Source of the DNA: the human T2T-CHM13v2.0 reference genome, Homo sapiens
NCBI RefSeq assembly: GCF_009914755.1
Contig: NC_060928.1
Length of the DNA stretch: 64,000 bases
Strand: one strand, 5' to 3'
Both the position numbers and the translations under genes were made by a program. Within the stretch, counting starts at the first letter, position 1. Each line of letters starts with the position of its first letter. The notes beneath the pieces were generated by a model. It worked only from the letters and a program-made list of their open reading frames with translations. It did not search any database and was not told the origin of the DNA. Shown one piece after another: positions 56,291 to 64,000 of the stretch.

Positions 56291-57213
56291 TTCTTTTAAA
56301 ATAATTATAGTTAATATCACAATGTTCACTCTAGAGCGGGAGTGGGTGGGGGGGAATTCCTAAATCTATTTTGAGATCTCATAAAATATGGAGAAAATAG
56401 AAAGTCCTTTGCCAAACCTCATAAAAGCAAAATTGACAACATTTCTGACATGACTCATTCTTCCTTTGAAAACTAACTATCAAATCAGATAAGGGTCAAC
56501 TCATTTTAAATAGAAGCTTAAGGAACATAAAACTTTTTTTAAAGTATTTTCAAAATGAGACTGCTATTCTTTTTCACATTGTTCATTTGGGAGGTGTCTA
56601 TTAGTTATACATAAGTTATCCTATACATAAAGCTCTAATCTCACCCTAGTCCTAATGTTTAAATTTTCCCTTCAGGCAGATACATTTGTATGGTGGCAAA
56701 AGTAGTCAAATTTTCCAATTATGTTTCTCAAACCTTCAGTGATCTTTCTTGTGGTGCTCTCAGTATTAACCAAAAGCTTTGAAAATCCTTACATTTATTT
56801 TTTAAATTCCAGAAGATTTATCTAGAGATGAGAGGCATTTGGAGTTAGAATGTTTATACTGTCAATGACTCAAGGAATGTATTTTCTATAACTTACATTT
56901 TCAAGCTGTAATTATAATTTTTTTCAACCATTTTTAGCTATTTGGATTACAGCCAGTCTTCACTGTCACTGTTTATGTGTTTGAGTTCTTGTAAACTCTG
57001 ATTTAGAAACACTCTAGAATTCACTATCCAAGCAGTTTATAAGAAATTTGACTCTTGGTTCGTATGTATGTTAAGTGGTTTTTTATAAACTCTGCCAAGA
57101 GTAGGACTTATGCTTTCTGCTATCATCTCTCCACTTTATTTTTCTAACCGAAAAGTGTCCCAAACATGAAAACATTATGCAAGGCTCCATGTACCACAGA
57201 AAGTATTACCTAT

Positions 57214-57500
<287 letters not shown>

Positions 57501-57782
57501 TAAAGGGAGAAAAATAAAACCTTCACTGAACATTTAATTAAATTTCTTTTGGTTTTGTGTGATAGAATGTTAAATATATATATTCAGGGATATATAAATA
57601 ATATAATTTGTTTTGACTTTTCAGTTAATTTCTAAGCTGTATTAGTCCTAAGGATAGTAAATATTAGGTACTTAGATGGGCCATCACTCACCACCCACAT
57701 CCCAAACATCAGAAACCCATCATTACACATTTTCTCAATGAGGACTCAGAATCTTTCTGAACACAGCAGCCCAGGCAGCATC

Positions 57783-58082
57783 TTTTTTTTTTTTTTCCCC
57801 CCCTCAGACAGTGTCTCGCTGTCGCCCAGGTTGGAGTGCAGTGGCGCGATCTCGGTCCACTGCAAGCTTCGCCTCCCGGGTTCACGCCATTCTCCTGCCT
57901 CAGCCTCCTGAGTAGCTGGGACTGCAGGCGCCTGCCACCACGCCCGGCTTTTTTTTGTATTTTTAGTAGAGACGAGGTTTCACCATGTTAGCCAGGATGG
58001 TCTCGATCTCCTGAGCTCGTGATCCACCCGCCTCGGCCTCCCAGAGTGCTGGAATTACAGGCATGAGTCACCGTGCCCAGCC
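57783..58082 (-). mobile_element. AluY
   Basis: TTCACGCCATTCTC, TTAGCCAGGATGG; TSD GGCAGCA. Confidence 0.95.
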
Positions 58083-58419
58083 GGCAGCACTTTTTGATCA
58101 ACTAGAATTTTCACATAAGTTGACACCTATTTGCCACCCTGCGGCCAACAGTCACGATAAGTAATGAATACCAATAATCATATATATATTTCATCCTACT
58201 AATCTACAGCAGACATATCTTATATGGAAATTTTATCTTTGCATATTAAAAAATCTTACTTGTGACTTAATTTATGCTACAAGTACTTAGACAACTATCT
58301 ATTTTTCTATAGGTATTAACACTATGTATAGCATAATAAATTATTACCATTATACCAGTACTCTCTCTATAATCCTTCATTATCATCAAAAAACAGTGGA
58401 GTGTCTTCTTTTGAAAGAT

Positions 58420-58875
<456 letters not shown>

Positions 58876-60678
58876 TGAATTGCTAAAATAAAATGAATTT
58901 AAATACTTGTAGAGCAATTATCACTATACTTATTTCAAATAAACTGGTAATTTAGCAAGGTAAGAGTATGTTGATTTTAAGTCTCATGTGAACTTTGTTT
59001 TATCACTTCCGTGAGTACAGTCTATTTTTTCATATTTCTGCTAATCTTTTCATTTCTATTTGTAAAGCAATAACAAAATGGACAGTTATTATGCACTGAT
59101 GTAAAAAGTTATCATTATTCTTCTAGAACACATCCATTTGCCTCTTATTGAAGGCATTTTCTTATTTTTTAAATATTCTTTTGGACCTCTCCAAATGAAA
59201 TGCTACTAATTGCATTGTTAAGTCACATGATGTAGCCTTTGAGATTATGCAGATGTGTGTTGACAAAATAACTATTTCAAACATTGTACATGGCCTAGAA
59301 AAAAGTGTTTTAATGACTAGGAAAAAAGATTCGCTACGGGAAGCAAGTTGATGGTAAGCAGCTGTTTCTTTTTTAAACATTCCTTCTGTTGGACTACATT
59401 TTATATCTGTCCTCCTTTTCAAGTCCGAACTTCAACTGGTTCATCTTAGTCATTATTCATTTAATAGTAAATGTCTGGTAGGATCCAGTTTCGATATGCT
59501 TCATCATCTGGTTGGTAGGTAATGTATGTGGTATAGTACTCCTGGCTGGGAGCCTTGGACAGCTTTCTTGGAATACACAGTTCTTAGTTGACAGCATGAA
59601 ATTGAGTTTCAGCCACCATGGACAAATGTGATATCTCATTATCTACAGAACTATAATGTGAGATCTTAGAAATTCAGTTCTTGGAAACACACTCATAAAA
59701 ATAGTAGCACTAGAGGTGTGTTTTGTACCAGCAAATAATATGTCTCTCTGTAGAGACTACATTTGAAACTTACCTTGAATTAACTTAGGCCTTGTTATAA
59801 AAATCTGGAGCTCTTATGTAAATAATAGTTATAATAGTCAGCTTATTAAAAATTTACTTTTAACAGGATTCATTCATTTTTTAATTCTTTCTGTTGATAA
59901 AATTAATGGAACAAATAAGCTTATCATAGAGAAATTGAGTAGAGAGAATCTTATAGATTCTACTATAGAAAATATGCTGCCACACCAGAAAGGTTCACAG
60001 TTCCTGGGCTGGATCCTAGCGCTTTTAATCTCTCTTGAATTGCCACATATCTCATTTGGGAAATAAAATGACCTATACTATAATTATACAGTATTGATGA
60101 ACACTAGAGAGTTTAAGAGGTCTAATTCCCATCATTCAAGCATATTGGTTGGGGAAAATGTATGTTTCCTTCTCAGAGCAGAAATCAATGACTCTATAAT
60201 TTCAAGATGAATTATATGACATGTAATCAGGATTTTATAATAATAAAACTGGTGAAATGTCAGCACATAGCAATCATTTAAACCAAGAACAAATTAAGTG
60301 AAAAGTTTTAATATGTTCACTGATATAACAGAACCACAGTCAATAATTTGATTTCTTAAGTAATAGTCTCATCAATAAAACACAGAAATCTAATATAATG
60401 AATAAACTCAAAGCTGTCTGGTGTCTGATATTGGTAAATCAATGATCAATAACTTGATATTGATGTATCACAAAATACCTCAGGAAGGTCTTCAGAGCAT
60501 AAAACTGTAAGGTTAAACTGCACAACAAGTAAACAGCACATGTAGTTGACTAATACTCCTGGAGTTGCATAGTTTGCAACCTTCACAACACTTGGCTGCT
60601 CTGAGAGCCCATAAATAGCATCATATTAATGTTTTAATCAACAGTTTTGATGATAGAAATGAAATAGTCTGACCATGA

Positions 60679-61048
<370 letters not shown>

Positions 61049-61563
61049 TAACAGTTTGGTAAGAGAAGATTTACTCAGCCCATGTCTTCCCTATTCAAAG
61101 TGACTATATTAAATGAGATAGAAATTAAACATTTTAGTTTGTCAAGATCATTTGTGAGTTGTGTTCAAAAGGTTACTAATTTTAGTAAAACACTCTAATG
61201 TGTGTGAGATTTGCTTGAAAAATAAATCAGAGTGGATTCAAGGTCATCCCTGCAACAGCGTCACTCTCGTGCATTTCAAAGTGTTTGCTTCAGTGGAAGC
61301 TGAAGAATGACATCATAGCGAGTACCATTAGGACTCCATCCAAGCTGGGCTGTCTCTGGTCTGTACCACAGTCCATAACAGAGGTGGGCCCATGGGAACG
61401 TGTGGCGAGGTACACATGTATTTTCTGTGTGCTAGGGCTGATAAAGAAAGAGCAGCTTTACTCTGAAGAATGGATTGAACTCTCAAATACGGACTAGCCC
61501 AAAGAAGTTCATGTATTTTTGTGAAAATGAGAAAGTCGGGGGGGAAAAAAAAAAAACACCACA

Positions 61564-61980
<417 letters not shown>

Positions 61981-62659
61981 TTAGGTTCCCCCTAACCACT
62001 TGTCAATGATTATTGCAAGGTAAGACCACCTGCTATCTGGGCTACTCATCTCAGATAAAACTTAAAGGGAATGAATTCAACATTGAAGTTCTAATTCGTG
62101 AGTGATTACATCAGCTTTATTTTAATTATCCGTTTAATAAGTATTTATTAATTCCTAATAAACAAGACATGGTCCTTCCCTAAAGAGCTCATAGTGATGT
62201 AGTACAAACAGATGCAAAGAAAATACTGCAATATCACATCCTAAGTCCTGCAATACATTTATGAGCAAGCCAGATGAGAAGCGTGATACGCTTTTGTTCA
62301 GGGTTTGGGCATAGAAGGAAAGGCCTCATATCTGAGAGTACGCTAAAGGAGGCAGTAGAAGTGGGGCTGGGACCCAGGAGGATGTCAGTACCAGTTTGGC
62401 CTCTCTGATCTTTGGAATATGAAAATAGTAAGTCTCCATGGAAGAGCCTACAAAGAGCTGGGGCTCGGGTTTCCTTACAATACAGCCAGCTTCATTTACA
62501 ACCAAGGGTCACTATGCCTTCTAGAAAGAGGCACAGATGTGTAAGGTTGTAGAGCACAACAGGGATCCAGGGAGATATGGAGATAGTGGAATGTGACCTC
62601 CTTTTCCTCCCTGGACCACTGTACTTCTAAATGCAGCCTAGAGTAAGAGAAAGGTGTTT

Positions 62660-63140
62660 TGATCCATTGTCAAAAGCATGGTTTCTTTCTCCCCGTGCTC
62701 TTCACTCCAGCTACGCTCATCTCCTTTCGGTTCTTGCAACATACTATGTTCCCAGTCCTCACGGCTCTCGCACATGCTGTTCCTCCTGTCAAGACCATCT
62801 TCCCTGCCCCGAAACTCCCCTCAATTCTCACGCACGCTTCACATCTCAGCCTCAACTTCACTCCCTCTGGGACATGCCCTGACCACATTTCTATCTCCCA
62901 TATGAAGAGATCAGATTCATCTTTGAGAAGGTCTATACTTCTCTGTACTTTCCTTTCATAGCACTTATAGGTGTTCTGAATCATATATTTAGCTATTGTT
63001 TCCCTTCTCACGGGCTATGGAGCAGTGGCCAAAATATTAACCTATTTTGCTCATGACTGTATATCTACTGACCTGGCAAAGAACCTAGTGCACAGCTTGT
63101 GTTCAAAATATACCTGTTGAGCAAACAAACGAATGGACTC
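62660..63140 (+). mobile_element. L2 3' end
   Basis: GCACATGCTGTTCCTCCTG, TCATAGCACTTA, ACCTAGTGCACAG..CAAAATATACCTGTTGA. Confidence 0.7.
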
Positions 63141-63261
63141 TCATTCTCAGTGCAGCAGAAGTAAAGCAAAAGCAAGGGACTGTTTTTTAAGTTAATTGAC
63201 ATATTGTCTTAGTCCCCCTCCAGCTAATTCTTTACACTGATGGAAAATTTATGATGATTAA

Positions 63262-63885
63262 TTTTTAATGAGCTTTTTAAAATTTTAGAGTAGTCTTAAG
63301 TTTACAGAAAAACTCCCACTCCCAGTTTTTCCTGTTATTTACGTCTTACATTAGTACGGTCTAATTGTCACAATTGATGAACCAGTACTGCTGTATTCCT
63401 AATAACCAAAGTCCTTTCTTTATTTGAATTTTCTTAGTTTTTACCTGATGTCCTTTTTCATGTTACAGGACCCTATCCAGAATGCCACAGTCTATTTAGC
63501 GGCCTTATCTCCTCCGGGTCTTTTTCTTCTTTTTTGAGACAGAGTCTCACCCTGCCACCTAGGCTAGATTGCAGTGGCAGGACCATAGCTCACTGCAGCC
63601 TCAAATTCCTGAGCTCAAATGATCCTCCCACCTTAGCCTCCTGAGCAGCTAGGACTATAGGCATGAACCACTATGCCAGGCTAATTTTTAAATTATTTGT
63701 AGAGATGGAGACTCCACATGTTGCCCAGGCTGGTCACAAATCCCTGGCCTCGACTGATCCTCCCATCTCGGCTTCCTAAACTGGGATTACACATGTGAGC
63801 CACTGTACCCAGCTCAGGCTCTCCTTAACTGTGACAGACTACCTTTGTTTTTGCTAACCTTAACAGCCTTGCAGAGTATTGGTGT
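63262..63885 (-). mobile_element. L1MB/MC 3'-end fragment split by AluJ
   Basis: TAAGTTTACAGAAAA..ACAATTGATGAACCA..CTGATGTCCTTTT..CAGGA..TATCCAG; resumes GGCTCTCC..CTGTGACAG. Confidence 0.75.
63521..63813 (-). mobile_element. AluJ
   Basis: CATAGCTCACTGCAGCCTC, GATCCTCCCACC. Confidence 0.93.
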
Positions 63886-63886
63886 T

Positions 63887-64000
63887 TTTTTGTTGTGGTT
63901 GTTTTTGTTTGTTTGTTTGTTTGTTTGAGATGGAGTCTCACTCTGTTGCCAGGCTGGAGTGCAGTGGCGTGATCTTGGCTCACTGCAATCTCTGCCTCCT
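63887..64000 (-). mobile_element. Alu, runs off the right edge
   Basis: (TTTG)n tail then GAGATGGAGTCTCACTCTG. Confidence 0.92.

Noticed and set aside
59457-59645. Protein-looking minus-strand frame (RKLSKAPSQEYYTTYITYQPDDEAY...)
   Set aside because: Bracketed by stops, no recognisable homologue and no convincing splice sites.

Overview
This is primate (human-like) genomic DNA: AT-rich, CpG-depleted and dominated by interspersed repeats. The repeats include about 24 Alu copies or fragments, L1 pieces, many L2/MIR relics, MaLR/ERVL/ERV1 solo LTRs, a near full-length Tigger1, and MER3/MER5/MER58 MITEs. I recognise no protein-coding gene, CpG island or promoter, and nearly all listed ORFs are translations of Alu, L1, Tigger or microsatellite sequence. 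The window looks intergenic or deep-intronic. Items worth a second look: (1) a tailless retrocopy of the 5' exon of tRNA-Ile(TAT) with target-site duplication (TSD); (2) an Alu-L1PB chimera enclosed by one TSD; (3) four old local duplications of about 110-200 bp (three direct, one complex inverted with a head-to-tail junction) plus an 11-nt inverted templated insertion; (4) two candidate minus-strand exons, probably non-coding; (5) an AP-1/NF-kB/G4 motif cluster. I found no evidence for a new gene system. Repeat subfamily calls come from my recollection of the consensus sequences, and boundaries of old repeats are approximate.
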